A stretch of DNA of 62,429 nt, counting the filler, from Polymyxa betae A26-41 (Eukaryota > Protista > Endomyxa: Phytomyxea): NCBI GenBank assembly GCA_003693705.1. It is 6 parts of 6 records of this genome, joined end to end, with 100 filler letters (N's around TTAATTAATTAA, not from the genome) between each part and the next. Parts side by side here need not be neighbours in the genome. Positions count along the whole stretch, not along the records: positions 1 to 12,298 come from RBZT01000131.1; 5 more parts are not named here. One strand, 5' to 3'. Shown piece by piece: positions 1-12,165 of the stretch (position 1 is its first letter; every line of letters begins with the position of its first letter). The translations under genes were made by a program, and so were the position numbers. Under the pieces are notes generated by a model, which was not told where the DNA came from, made no database searches, and worked only from the letters and a program-made list of their open reading frames with translations.

Positions 1-334
1 TGAAACGACGTGGACATGACTTGGCAGATTTGGTTTTAGAAGAAATCAAGAAGTGGACTTTTACCTAGTGGGATGCTTTTTCCATTTCAGCCCAATGGTT
101 TTTTAATGCCCCCATTTTGTAAAGACCCAGAATACTTCTTGAGGAGGCTTAGTTTTTGAAGGAGGGGAGTGTGTCAATATATACGCAATAATTGACTAAC
201 CTCCGATCGGACCTGACTAAACTCCGTTAATCGGAATCTCTCCGAGTTCCGAGCTAACCTCCGATCTCAGTGATATATAAGGGCTTGTATCCATCTAATA
301 TATTCATTCTGCATTCATCATTGCAATCTTAACA
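1..334 (+). mobile_element. 3' end of an LTR retrotransposon (probably Ty3/gypsy): PPT 158-169 and 3' LTR 172-334
   Basis: Polypurine tract GAAGGAGGGGAG just before TGTCAATAT; LTR ends ATCTTAACA (imperfect TG..CA inverted termini); internal CTAACCTCCGATC repeats and TATATAA. No partner LTR in the window. Confidence 0.65.
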
Positions 335-1709
335 TCGAGATCTCAAAGTAGCGCTATAAGGTGGTACCCGCCCATTACGAGTGGGTTCGTGTCATTAACT
401 GGAAAGTCGAGATCCAGCCCTCTCGGTCGTCTGATTCCAATGATCGAGGGGTCTCGACTCCGTTACGGGGTCAACTGTGCTGGATTTCACATAAACACAG
501 TTACAAGGCCGTTCACGCTATTGGGGTTAAGGTTGTTATGCTATCAAAAAAATGTGGCTGGAAACCTTTCTATGAGACGTGCTTTAAAGAGTTCAGAGAA
601 ACTACGCAGAGACATTGGGTATTATAATCGATTCTATTACGATGAAATGGTAGAGCACAATAATCCAGAGCACAAGAAAGTATGTCATTTAAGCCATTTC
701 GCAGCTGCTTCAGAGCCGTCTGTAAGCTCCTTCATGACGCCAGGACACTTCATCCTCATTTTATGCAGAGTAATAATACGATGACGATCATATTGTTAAA
801 TCTGCCAAACAGGCAGCCAAAGACGGCGATATTCCTGAATGATAAATATCTCACCGTTTAGCTGTACTTTAGAAAATCTGAGCAGCAAAAGCTGGGGACT
901 TTGTTGGATCACAAATGTCTCCAGTTGATGTAAACATGGAAATTACTCTGTAAGAATATTAATCTCTGTTATCTGGTTCACATTCCATGCAGTCCTGTTC
1001 GCATTGATGTTTCTTCTCATTCATTGCTAGAAATAGCATCAAATGTTTGCAGTTTTGCTACTACTGTCAAAATCTCCAATTCCCAAATACTGATAATCAT
1101 AGCAGCTACACCTACCGGTGGATTTTTACAGAGCCTCCCATCTGTGCAGATATAATCATCGTTTTTATTCGGTTTTGGATCTCGAAATTTGATCTTTTAA
1201 TGGCTTTTTTTCGTGCATCTCGAAATCTTTTGAAGTATTTCAGATGGAAATATCTGCTGCGTATGCACTGAGTTGTCGTTAGACAGCTGCTCAAGAAGTT
1301 TCTGAATCACGACAAACCGTGTCGACACTTGTACCAGCCTGTCATTCGCTTGCCATTGCTCGATATGTTGCTCAAGGCGATTGTCTTGCGCCATTTCACC
1401 TTCGAAATAGCCAAGGTCAAATCTGTCTGTCTCTGCTTCTTAAGAAGTGGGAATCTGAATTCTGGAATGTCGCGATATACGAACCGAATCTCGAACTGCA
1501 AAACGAATGAGCCGATGACGACCCGAAATTGACGTCCCCGATGACATGACAAAACCCTAACTGAACGACAACCGAAGCAAGTCATTCTCATCAGTGCGAA
1601 TCTATCTGTTTGCAAAGTATTATTTTGTGCAGCAATTGCAGATCTGAGATCTGGACCTGTCGGAGCTTCAAAGTTTGGAGAAACGGGCATTATGGATCGC
1701 AAAAAATGA

Positions 1710-1797
1710 AGCCCACGGCGGGGCTCCAGCCCGCAGCCTTGGGATGAACCCTAACCTCTGTAAGAGTCCCACGCTCTACCGATTGAGCTACGCGGGC
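1710..1797 (-). tRNA. tRNA-Lys(CTT) with 15-nt intron (1746-1760); damaged T-loop, probable pseudogene
   Basis: Acceptor GCCCGCG/CGTGGGC; anticodon arm TGGGA-CTCTTA[intron]A-TCCCA; T-loop reads CTGGAGC instead of TTCGAGC; T6 terminator follows. Confidence 0.85.
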
Positions 1798-1993
1798 TTC
1801 CTGTTGACAATGCAGTTTCCAATCAAAACATGATGCTGCGATACCGATTTCTATAAAAAACAACAGTCGCAAATGTGCCCATATTCGTAATACTTTCGAT
1901 TACAGCAAACCCTACCCTACCAAGGAATCCCGATTCTGAGCCAAAGAGAATAGACAAGTATTATGAGTGATCTCTAGTCAAGCTGTGTCCTCA

Positions 1994-3380
1994 TTATTGG
2001 ATGGAGGTAAGCATCTCGCTGAGCTTAAAGTAAGTGTGCGATAGTAATGGAAGATGCGGGCATTCGACCAGGTTCGATGTGTATCTTTGCAGAAATTTTA
2101 GCAAGGGGTGATACGGGGACCCCAAATGATTCGCAGAGTTCGCAAGGCTTGAAACGATTCCATCATAAGCGGCTGGGATTGCCAACAGCATCTTCATGGC
2201 TGCCATATAAAGATCACAGACACATGTTCATTGTCATTAGCAGTAACGTAAACCTACTCTTGACGTTACCTAGGCCCGGTGAGCGACACCAATTTGGTAA
2301 AGCCCTCCTCGGTCTTTTGGATCTGATCTTGTTTGGACGCCATACACAAAAGCGTTATTCTGTCTGACGGACCATTCTGTCCTTTACGGTAATGAAACGA
2401 AAACACCAACGTAGTAAGATTAGAATCGTCAAGTGATGTAACGAGAAAGCTAAAAATTCATCTGATCGCGAAATGTAACGAGAAGTAGTGGAAATATGTG
2501 ATGTGAAATTACTTGTAATCGGTAACGCAGGACAAGATCGTTTGTGTGTCCGTTGTGAACTGCAGGGGCGGTTTCAGGGCTGCATTCGGCGGATCCGTGA
2601 GCCCTTTTGATTCCAGAGCGTCAACAAATAAGTGGCGGGAGAGGTCGGGTGGGAAGATCGGATCCAAATAGAGCCGGGTAGGCTGTGGTCGTCGCCCTGC
2701 AAGGCATCTTGGACCAGCGGCGATCGAATCGAATACCCGCAGAATCCATTCGGAGCCGTGCAGCGGTGCAAGAAATTGTTCGAGTCTCGCCTAGGAAAGT
2801 TATATCTGACGAAATCCCGATTCTAGGCCAGCACGGTACCATTTTTGGGAAATGAAAAAATCACTGTTATGAAAATTTTGAGTGTAGGGTGGTGCAACTC
2901 CCTCTACAGATTTGGTCTGTGACTTCCGTCTTTGAAACTGAATACTTTCTATACTCATTCAAGCGGTCAACGATGAATTGCTCTTAGAGCCCGGTGGATG
3001 GGCTACGCCAGCCCCTTCAAAAAGGTTGCCACTGATAAGCGATTATCAGCCCCTGAAGGCACCTTAGTCAAGTGGTCATGTGCCGGGCGCAGCTTGGTGA
3101 GATCATGTCATCGTTAATAGATGAATCCAGTTCATTCCAATCCGTGCAATCAACGAACAAGAGCTGCAGCCCGTAAGCGGATAGAGCACCTTGAAGATCG
3201 CGAAATAGACCTCCTGAGCATTGCTGAGCAACCCTATGCTGCTGCAGCTCCCAGCCAGATGGTAGTACCCGACCGAATCGATCACGAACGTCGCTCGGCA
3301 TTCCTTGAGAGCTCGTCTATAGATGCACCGATGTCGGATAGATCGCGGGAATATTCTCAGGAAGTTCGCGACGTCCTTGA
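1994..3380 (-). pseudogene. spliced gene of unknown function, probably degenerate
   Basis: Exon-like open stretches bounded by GT/AG (ARLEQFLAPLHGSEW...VTDYK; GQNGPSDRITLFVY...; MKMLLAIPAAY...); splice phases not fully reconciled. Confidence 0.35.
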
Positions 3381-3475
3381 TTTCCCGATTTTTTTTTAGA
3401 TTTATAAAGCGACTGAAGCTGTTTTTTGCAAATTGCTGTCACTGACAGCTTGACCCACTAGGGTTTTAATACAGA

Positions 3476-4393
3476 TTATGAGAAAAATATTATTATGATT
3501 ACTGGAAATGCAGACCAAGGAAATGATATCCTCGCTGCGGATTTGGCAATACATTGTTGTTTAGTCCTGCTCCGCTTTAGCACCACCATCACCAATGTTG
3601 ACATCGTCATCAGCAGAGCAGGGCGGATCCAGAAACCCCCATGGCATGATAACACAGCCGGAGACGCCGTTAATGAATGCGAGGGTGAAAGCAAGCCAGG
3701 TTATCGACCAGAGATAAGTCATATCGGCCAATGTTAGAACTGAAACATATCAGATATGATATCTCTGCAATATTTCCATACTTGTATATATCAGAATATT
3801 TGGCAGATCGCAAATGATAGAATAGAAACCAGCATGAAGCTAAAGAACAATCAGATGAAGCCATACTTTCAAAACAGATTTCCAGACCATAATAGATTCT
3901 CTTGACTTCAAACGAAATCCTAGAAAAGTCAAGATGGTAAGTAAGCCACAATATGGAAATGATAAATCTCACCGTTGCCTCGAACTATTGCATAATACAT
4001 CATTAAGGCAGGTGAGGGAAATACTTTCATTAAGAGCGGATCCATAGTCGCAGCTATATCGGATCTTGGCGTCCTTAGAAGTAGAATTGCGAATCGAATG
4101 TCAAAAATTAGAATCAGAATCATGGACAACATAACAGAAAATCCAATCGAATGAACCAAATAGCCATAATCATAAGCTCCCAGCAGGCGTCCTTTCAGTT
4201 CCAAATATGACGCCAGATATAATAAGATCTCTATATAGATCGACAGAGCCTTAAAAGCCAGAACCACCCCTTCGATCTTATAAAGGGTATAGACAGGCGA
4301 CCCCGCTTCACCAGGTCGGCCGCCGCCCCGGTTCAGATCCAGGCGTCGTACTGGCGGCAGATCGACGATGACATCTTGCCATCCTTGACCCAT
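3476..4393 (-). pseudogene. frameshifted multi-pass membrane protein remnant
   Basis: Three consecutive overlapping minus-strand ORFs in different frames, rich in hydrophobic helices. Confidence 0.35.
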
Positions 4394-4970
4394 GCCTTAG
4401 ACGAGAAGAGGAGAGACCAGACGATTGGATCTGTGATGATCGCAAGACGAGGATGGTTAACATGGTGACAGGAGTCACAGTGTGGCGGCGCAGCCACAGC
4501 TTGCCATTAGGGCTCACCCAATCTTCACCCATGTGAGCGGCGCAGCCTCCTTAGGGTTCTCCGTTCTCGATCTCTCGATCGCACTACCTCTCTCTCATTA
4601 GCTGCGCAACCACTGCTTCTCTTTCTCAACATTGAGGTGCGCAACGATTTGCAATCTCATCTCATCCAGCGAACCAAGCTCGGGTTGCCGTGATTGTCTG
4701 TCGAACTTGGGACTTCATAGGCGCCGTCCGCAGCCGATTTGCGCTGTATTGGATATTCTTCACTCTAGCGATTCATGCTAGGACAGTGTCAGGTTTATAA
4801 ACTGAAGAAATAATGATGTTTTTTTGAACTTTCTATCACTAACAGCCTTGAAGGAAGTGCAGAGCTCCACTGTATTTTTTTCAATGTGAGAATTGCTATA
4901 TATTGAGAATCAGAATGTTACGTGAGAATCTTGATCTTGTGCTTGAATTTTCAAATCAGATCCTTCCAGT

Positions 4971-5023
4971 AAAGAATTGCGAAGCTGTTCAGCTCAAAAA
5001 AAAAAAAAAGAATTGCGAAGCTG
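4971..5023 (+). mobile_element. ultra-short poly(A) retro-insertion with 17-bp target-site duplication
   Basis: AAAGAATTGCGAAGCTG (4971-4987) + TTCAGCTC-A11 + AAAGAATTGCGAAGCTG (5007-5023). Confidence 0.75.
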
Positions 5024-6269
5024 AAATCTTGATTAGATTCCCCTTTAACCAACGGGCTACTTTTGAAGAATGGCAAAAAACATGTTGTATGGAATGATCC
5101 ATTCGTCATTCAACATCCAGAATGTTTCTGGCATAGAAGGCCAATTTGAAGATTGAGAATGCTCTCTTCAGCGATTACCCTATCATGGATTGCTAGTTTT
5201 TCCAGGAAAGAATCCAATAGAAAGAAAGCGTTAATGAATAACATTTTTGGTCTGAATCAATGCTTGTCGCACGACAAGGTCCTTCAACATTTTTCTTTGT
5301 TTTCATCTTTCAACCTTGACAGAGTCAGTCTCATGATGGTTCAGCGGCAAATTCCAGATCTCGACAGAGGACGTTTCTGAGAAAACATTTTAGGATTCAT
5401 TGCTTAAGCAACCAGGTCTGTCTCTGGAATAAATCAGAGAATCGGAATATCATCACATGGCGAAATCGACGCTACAGAAAAGTCTCCGATCTTAGTGCAG
5501 ATGGTCAGTATATCACTCCTTCTTCCCCTATAGGAATCGTTTTGGCTAATCACGCTCACCAGCTTTTTGTTTGTTGAAGTTTCCAGTGGAAATGATGCTT
5601 TAGACTTTGGTAGTGCGGCTCATCAGCAGCCGAATTGAACGACACATTCAATTCGGCCACAGAAAATCACTTCATTCAATACCAATGACGGCAGGCTCTT
5701 CCGCTGTTCAATTCGAAAACTATTCCAGACCGGATCTGGCAGCGCAATCCCGCCAGCGTTCTGGTCTACTGCAGCATCTGATAAGCCATAAACGAGCCGT
5801 CAATGTCCAACTTACTAAATTTACAACAGCCCGAAAACTGTGTCCCATCATTTGACAGGAAGATTATCATCATCAATTTCTTGCTCGCTCTTCGACATCC
5901 TGGGACAATCAGGCTAAACTTTTCGAATTGACAATTTGTCTGTTGTTAATCTTTCAAGGCGTAGATGATAGAATCGACCAGCTAGAATGTGTTGCAATGT
6001 TAAAAATATGCAAAGCATCACAATCTGCTCGAAACCATCAGGACATTGCTGTAAAGAAAAGTTCAGTTTCGATATCTGGCTCCTCGGAATCAGCCGCAGG
6101 AGATCAGGAGTGATTTGAGCCTCTTTCGATGACCAAAGCAGAAATAAGCCCTCATGTATCAAATGATTTAATCAATGTCAGGCGATGACGCCAGCATACT
6201 TGCCCAAAACGACGGAGTCAAGACGCTCAGAGTAATACTTCATGATGAAATCGAGCTGGCAGAATTGAA

Positions 6270-6363
6270 GCCAGCGTACCTCAATCGGTAGAGCATGGGA
6301 CTCTTACTGTAGTTAGGGTTCATCCCTAAGCCAAGGCTGAGGGCTCGAGCACCGACGCGGGCG
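6270..6363 (+). pseudogene. tRNA-Lys(CTT) pseudogene with 15-nt intron (6307-6321)
   Basis: Same backbone as 54190-54276 but with acceptor, D- and T-arm substitutions and a short insertion after the anticodon stem; T5 terminator follows. Confidence 0.8.
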
Positions 6364-7792
6364 TCATGTTTTTGCTAAGCAATCTGCGCTTTAAAACAAA
6401 CAGCTTCTCAGGCGTTCGAGGTTTGCCTGTTTAGCAGCTGCGCTGATCAATCGAATTGAAATGCTGATGTATACAGACTGCAAAATTGGCTCACTGGGCT
6501 TCCGTTCTCATGTAGAAGTTTGGAACCAGAAATGTTCGAGGATTGAGCAGGACTACAGGCTCAAAGCAGTTGATCTCGGTTGGAGCTCTGATTTAGTTGA
6601 AGGTTTGATTTGTATCTGCTTGTCTGTTCTGATTTGCTGTTTAGTTTAACTCTTCAATAATCTTCGCGGGCATCACTTTCAGCAGGGTGGTTCTGTAAGC
6701 TCTCTGATTTGCAGGTTTTTTGTCATCAAGCCTTTTGAATGTGATTCAAAATTCAACAATTGTTTTTCAAGGGGTTAGTATATTTGTAACGAGTGAGAAG
6801 CATCCGGTTTGATTATGCAGACGCTCGTATGGCGGCTCTCTCGATCGACAGCATTGCTAAGCAATATACTGGCAAGAACCTCATCGCTATGTTGGAAAAA
6901 ATTGCATGCGACGTTTTGCAATCTGTAAATTTTACAGCCGCTGTATCCTCGGCTCAGACCAGAGCGATTTTGAAACATTTATCAGGAATGCAGCGTGATG
7001 GCCCTGCCAGGCTCTCACACCTCGTCTTTAATAGTAATTAATCCGATCTGATGATAGCGTGATAGGGATCACAACAATCTGATTGAGAAGATGTCTCAAG
7101 TGATAAATAACCCGTCTCCAACAATCTTAGCGTTTTTAACTGTTTGGAAAGAAAAGAGCGCAGATTATAATCGAGGCTGCGCTGTGTCATGGAGTTGTCC
7201 AGAGTGGCCTCCCCCTCTGTGATCAAATGCCAAAGTAGAAATAAGTGCGTAAACAAGTGACCTCGACTCAAAAGGGCTTGGATTCCGAGATGTCCGTACG
7301 GATGCCCACCGCACTGAACTGGGATTTCACCTGAAGTTATTTCGAGTTCTGTACAGACTATCCGAATTGGCAAATCGAATTTTGTATTATCGACATTGCT
7401 CGTAAAATCCGGGTGAAGTCGTCCGAAGTATATTTCAAACAATCCGCTCTGCCTGCTTCTCCACATTCTTCACCATATGAAATGCAATAAACAGCTAGCT
7501 GTATTGAACAATACAGGCACAGCTCCCTGTCAATCAAACAAAGTATTGATAAACCACGTCTGACTGCAATCGTAGGGTTTGCTGGTAGTACAACCCCAAT
7601 CGTCTTTGTTGACGCAATTTTTGGATGAAGAAAGCAGCTCAGGGACTGATACTGAAAGTCAAGTAGGGTCACCCCATGGCCCCAATCATCATGCCTCATA
7701 CGGTGACTCCATGGTCACCATCCCCTTTAGAGTTGGCGCAGCCTGGGATTCGTCTCATCCCATGACCCCACACTCTTAATGATACTGTATCG

Positions 7793-10700
7793 ATGACATC
7801 AACTTCCTCTCTTACCTTTGTCGTCGTCGTCCTGGCCTTGCAGGCGCTGCGTCTGGCGACCGCGGCGGAGCTCGAGCAATTTCCAGAGCTGATCCAGGCC
7901 ATCACAGACATGTCAGGTCGAAGCCAATCTGGAATGCTTTCGTCTCATTTCCTGGTTTCAGTATGAAGGTGCCGCAGATGTCGGGCCCAGAATTTGAACT
8001 TTTTTTAAATCGGTTAATTGAGGACCAGCTTGAGGAGGAAATTGTCGAATCTTTGCTTTACCCGATTCGGTAAATTCCCATTTGTTTTGATATCATATGC
8101 CTGATTTCTTAAACATAATAATTTTCCATTTTCTTGACAGACTTACGGAAAAAGTCCTTCAATTTTGTTAATTTGCATTTGTTTCAGTTTGATTGGTTTT
8201 CGTTTGTCTTATTTACGGCTGCATATCTCAGGGAATGGGAGGAATATAGAGATCAGTGCATTGTCCTGGCCATCAACATCTGGTACAGAGCGCCGGATTG
8301 TCTTCGGGACCGTGGTGATCTCTTTGTGAGATACCTAGAGCTCATGCCGATTAACTCCCATAACGAGTTTGTTGACCAATACGTCGCGATGACTCTATCA
8401 GAATCTTCATTGTCGGCGACCGATAGTCAAGGACGATCTCCACTCGAGCTCTCTCTTGAAGTTTGGTAATAATTCATTTCATGTTTTCGTATTACAAGAC
8501 AGTTTCAGCACCTTTCAAGATTTATTTCGTCTTCTGCTTGTGATTTTTGAACGTTTGGTGAGCCAAAGGATGCTGTTCCATTTTCGTTTCTCGGTTATTT
8601 GTGGCCATATTGCTTGAGCCAATATCTTTAAATTGGCTTACACATTTTGATACGTCATATCGTGGCTCTCCTTTATGGCAGCAGTTTGCAGGAATTCTGT
8701 CTCGTTAACTGTTGCTCTTGTTACAGCCTGAACATTTCCCGCATTTTAGCTGAAAAAAGCCCGGAAGATACTGTTGAAGTCGTCCGTCGTCGTGCTCTGG
8801 ATATGTTACATCCCCGAGACTGGGCTGATATCTTTTACAAACATAACAAAGAGCTTATGACCCGGATGGATGACTTTCATACATTCTGTGATGCAAGCTT
8901 CGGCCATCGTCCCGGTCGGCGTTATTTCGAAATTCGCTTGGTGCTCACTGCCCTTAATGATGCTGATGTGTCTGAGATGTCTCTCCCCGAACTTCTACCA
9001 AACATTCGTATCAATGATTTCTTACAGCAATGGTATGTATGAATGTCTGCTTTCTTAGTTCTAATCATCATATTTGCCTCTTCATACTTTTATGTTGTTT
9101 TGGAGCGAGCTGTGAAAATATTTCATTTTTTCCCAATGTTTTCTGAGATTATCTCATAGCCGTTCTATATTCCTTTGGGATGTCGCCCAAGATGAACTCA
9201 GAGGATTGCATTTGCTCTCTAAGACTTGCGAACGTTCGGGATTTGCAGATACGTTTCTGGAAGCAGTTCCGTTTATGTTCACATCTCGCATTGCTTCGCA
9301 GCGGGCACTGAAATATCTTTTCGAACAAATGTAAACACGCATCTGCATTACAATATTTTATTTCAGGAAACGTTTTCGCTTTTGGCTGATGTTTGATGTC
9401 GTTCAATGCTGACTTCTCCCAATCGCAGAGACTTTAACTCAACTTCTATCGATCAGTTCGCCTTTCAGGTGGTTCAACGCATTCTTCTCTTCCATGCCAA
9501 CCATGACGAATCGGTGATTTCCTGGCTCATCACAGAATTTCAATCTGAGCAAATAATAACTTTCATAGCATTGCTTACAAACAGGTGCATTTGGTTTACA
9601 ATCTCCAGTTTGGATGGTTTAAATATTCATTTTTAATGTTGTCTTTTTTTATACTCAAAGACGATGAAAAAGTTCATCTATGTTCACGATACATATTTTG
9701 GTTATCGTCTGAATCGCATTCTGTGGCTACTACCTCTGATACTGTTCCATTCAGCTTGCTGTCCCCGAACAATCCGCTGGATGTTCCAGATCCCGAGATC
9801 ATAGTTGCTGAAGCTCTTGCGACCTGTCTTTATGTTCAAAATGACCCGCAGCAGAACCAGTTGGCTGGAAAGATCATACTCGCGTTAACTCTCAGCTTTT
9901 TCTCGAAATATGGATCGTCTGATGACTTACCAGAGTTTAACGACAGATTCCTACGAGATGCTTTGTTAGCACGTGCATTGCTACAGAATCGAGATCCGAG
10001 CTTCAGCGACTGCCCCGCTCTCCATAAACGGGCGCAGCTGCTGCTCCCGGAGAGACTGGAGCTGAAGGACGATCTAAAGATTCCAGAGTATTCTGGGCAC
10101 CTTGAAATGCGAATCCGAAACGTGACCAAGCTTGAGGATGAATACGAAATTTCAACACACATCGGTTGGTGCTTCAATCTCATTCGTTGGAAAACTGCAA
10201 GATTTTGTTCCGCTTGTTTGATTCGCAATTTCAGATTTTAGCCTTTTTTACAACTTTCTGCCGAAGTTGGGTTTCGATTGAAACGTGTATAGTTTTGGAT
10301 TGTTTTCACGATTTTCGATTACCGGTATATTTGAATATGCTCAATGGATTGTTTAGGGGGCAGAGTATATCGCGCCCGGACTGTTCAGGACCCAGCCCAC
10401 CGAGAAGTCGCCATCAAAATTCAGGACCTACTTCAAGCGGATTCCACAAAAGAACTCGAATTTATGTCTCGATTCTGTCATCGGGATCCAATCCTTGGAC
10501 TTGTTGCTCTATTGGATCTGTTCCAGCACGACAACCGCCTTTATATAGTCATGGAGCTGATCGAAGGGGTTACATTGGGAAACTGGCTGCGTACGGAGAC
10601 GGCAGACCGAATCCCGGAGCTGCTTATCTCGTTCACTTTCCAAGCGCTTACTACATTGGATCGAATTCACTCTTTCGGATGGGTGCACGGCGATCAATCT

Positions 10701-11776
10701 GATTTAAACAACTGTAAGCTTTGATTTCGTTTTCTATGAAGCTTTAACATTCGCAAGTTTCTATCTTCTAAACGTGTTTGCTTGAGCTGAAACGTTTGTG
10801 GTGGAAGAACTGATTTTTTGCACCGTAATGTTTCAGCCACCTTGCTGATTCGGTTGAAGGGATGATTGACTCACGCACTGGCACGCTTCTGTTAATCGAT
10901 TTTGGTCATGCTGCGATTTCTTCGTCGGATGTTGATCGTGAAAGATTCCGTAAAAGCCTCTTTAATCTCATCGATGAATTCAAACAGCTCCTGAACGTGT
11001 CGTGGTACGATCCTGGTCCTGAGCTTCTTCAGCAGCTCGAGCAGACCCTCACCCAATGGCCGTACTGGGCCTGGAATGGTGCTGGACTGTTGACCCATTC
11101 AATATTCGATGATGTGCGTTACAGGACGTATCGGAGCCTGGATCATTACCGGGATTTTCCTGTATTGTCGGGATTGCAATCTGCGAATGACACGACCTCC
11201 GAGCTTGGCGAACCGGTAAATGCAGATGCAGAGCCCATCGAGCAGGAGAAGGTACCCATGGAGCTAAACGAACTTGAATATACAGCCATGGAGTCGAAAG
11301 AACAAAAGAAGGCAGATTCGGAGCCCGATAAGCCAGAACAAATAGCCGTGGGAAAGTCTATACCGGATACAGAAGAGGAGTTCACTCTGCGTGACGAAGG
11401 GCTGGATTTGGAGTCTGCTAACATCGAAGATCCAGCTCTTGAGGTATTGGGCACGCCAACTGCGAACAACCAATCTGGGGGAATCGGTACGCTACAATTT
11501 CAGAATCAGTTATCAATTGTTTTCTTTTCTTTTTTTGGCTGTTTTCATCAACCCTTAATTATACTAAAGCTGGTGTATTGAAATATTTCTTCTTTTCTGT
11601 ATTTTAAATTTCAGATATCGTTTGGATGTTATGGCATTGATCTCTGGGTTGCAGGTGCGAACATCTTTTTGATCTTAATTGGTTTTCTGTTCGCTGCAGC
11701 GTTCATCTCTGCTGCCTCTGTATACGCAAGACGTCGTCGGATCCAATCACTTCGACAGACCGATCTGGAGCTTTGA
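7793..11776 (+). CDS. 869-aa signal peptide + atypical protein kinase + acidic stalk + C-terminal TM protein (10 exons)
   Basis: Hand-built open splice model: 7793-7911, 7962-8069, 8232-8465, 8727-9032, 9160-9330, 9429-9584, 9755-10164, 10357-10713, 10860-11486, 11655-11776 (2610 nt, all GT-AG). Kinase motifs IGGRVY, VAIK, alphaC E, HGDQSDLNN, DFG. N-terminus MTSTSSLTFVVVVLALQALRLATA; C-terminus IFLILIGFLFAAAFISAASVYARRRR; AATAAA at 11825. Confidence 0.8.
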
Positions 11777-11981
11777 TGACCTTCTCCGCTAACTGGAACG
11801 CTCATATACTGAACCCTTGCAACAAATAAATTATTTTTGGCCGGAATCCCAGGCCAATTAGTTCACACAATCTGTGTTAATTGTTTTGTGGGTGAGCTTT
11901 CAGCTTCTAATTGTCCAACATCGTCTCACAGATTGACTGCCTAGTTAATCCAATCGGCCATTGATATGCCGAACAAGATAA

Positions 11982-12121
11982 AGGGTTTAGGGTTAGGGTT
12001 AGGGTTAGGGTTAGGGTTTTAGGGTTAGGGTTAGGGTTAGGGTTTTAGTTAGGGTTAGGGTTAGGGTTAGGGGTTTTTAGGTTAGGGTTAGGGTTAGGGT
12101 TAGGGTTAGGGTTTTAGGGTT

Positions 12122-12160
<39 letters not shown>

Positions 12161-12165
12161 TAGGG
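11982..12165 (+). repeat. telomeric repeat array, mostly TTAGGG with TTTAGGG/TTTTAGGG variants
   Basis: About 184 bp of T2-5AGGG-type units, G-rich strand running toward the contig end. Confidence 0.95.

Noticed and set aside
362-390. TGGTACCC as a PBS implying a tandem LTR element
   Set aside because: Lies about 27 nt past the LTR end, no tRNA match recognised and no gag-like ORF follows.
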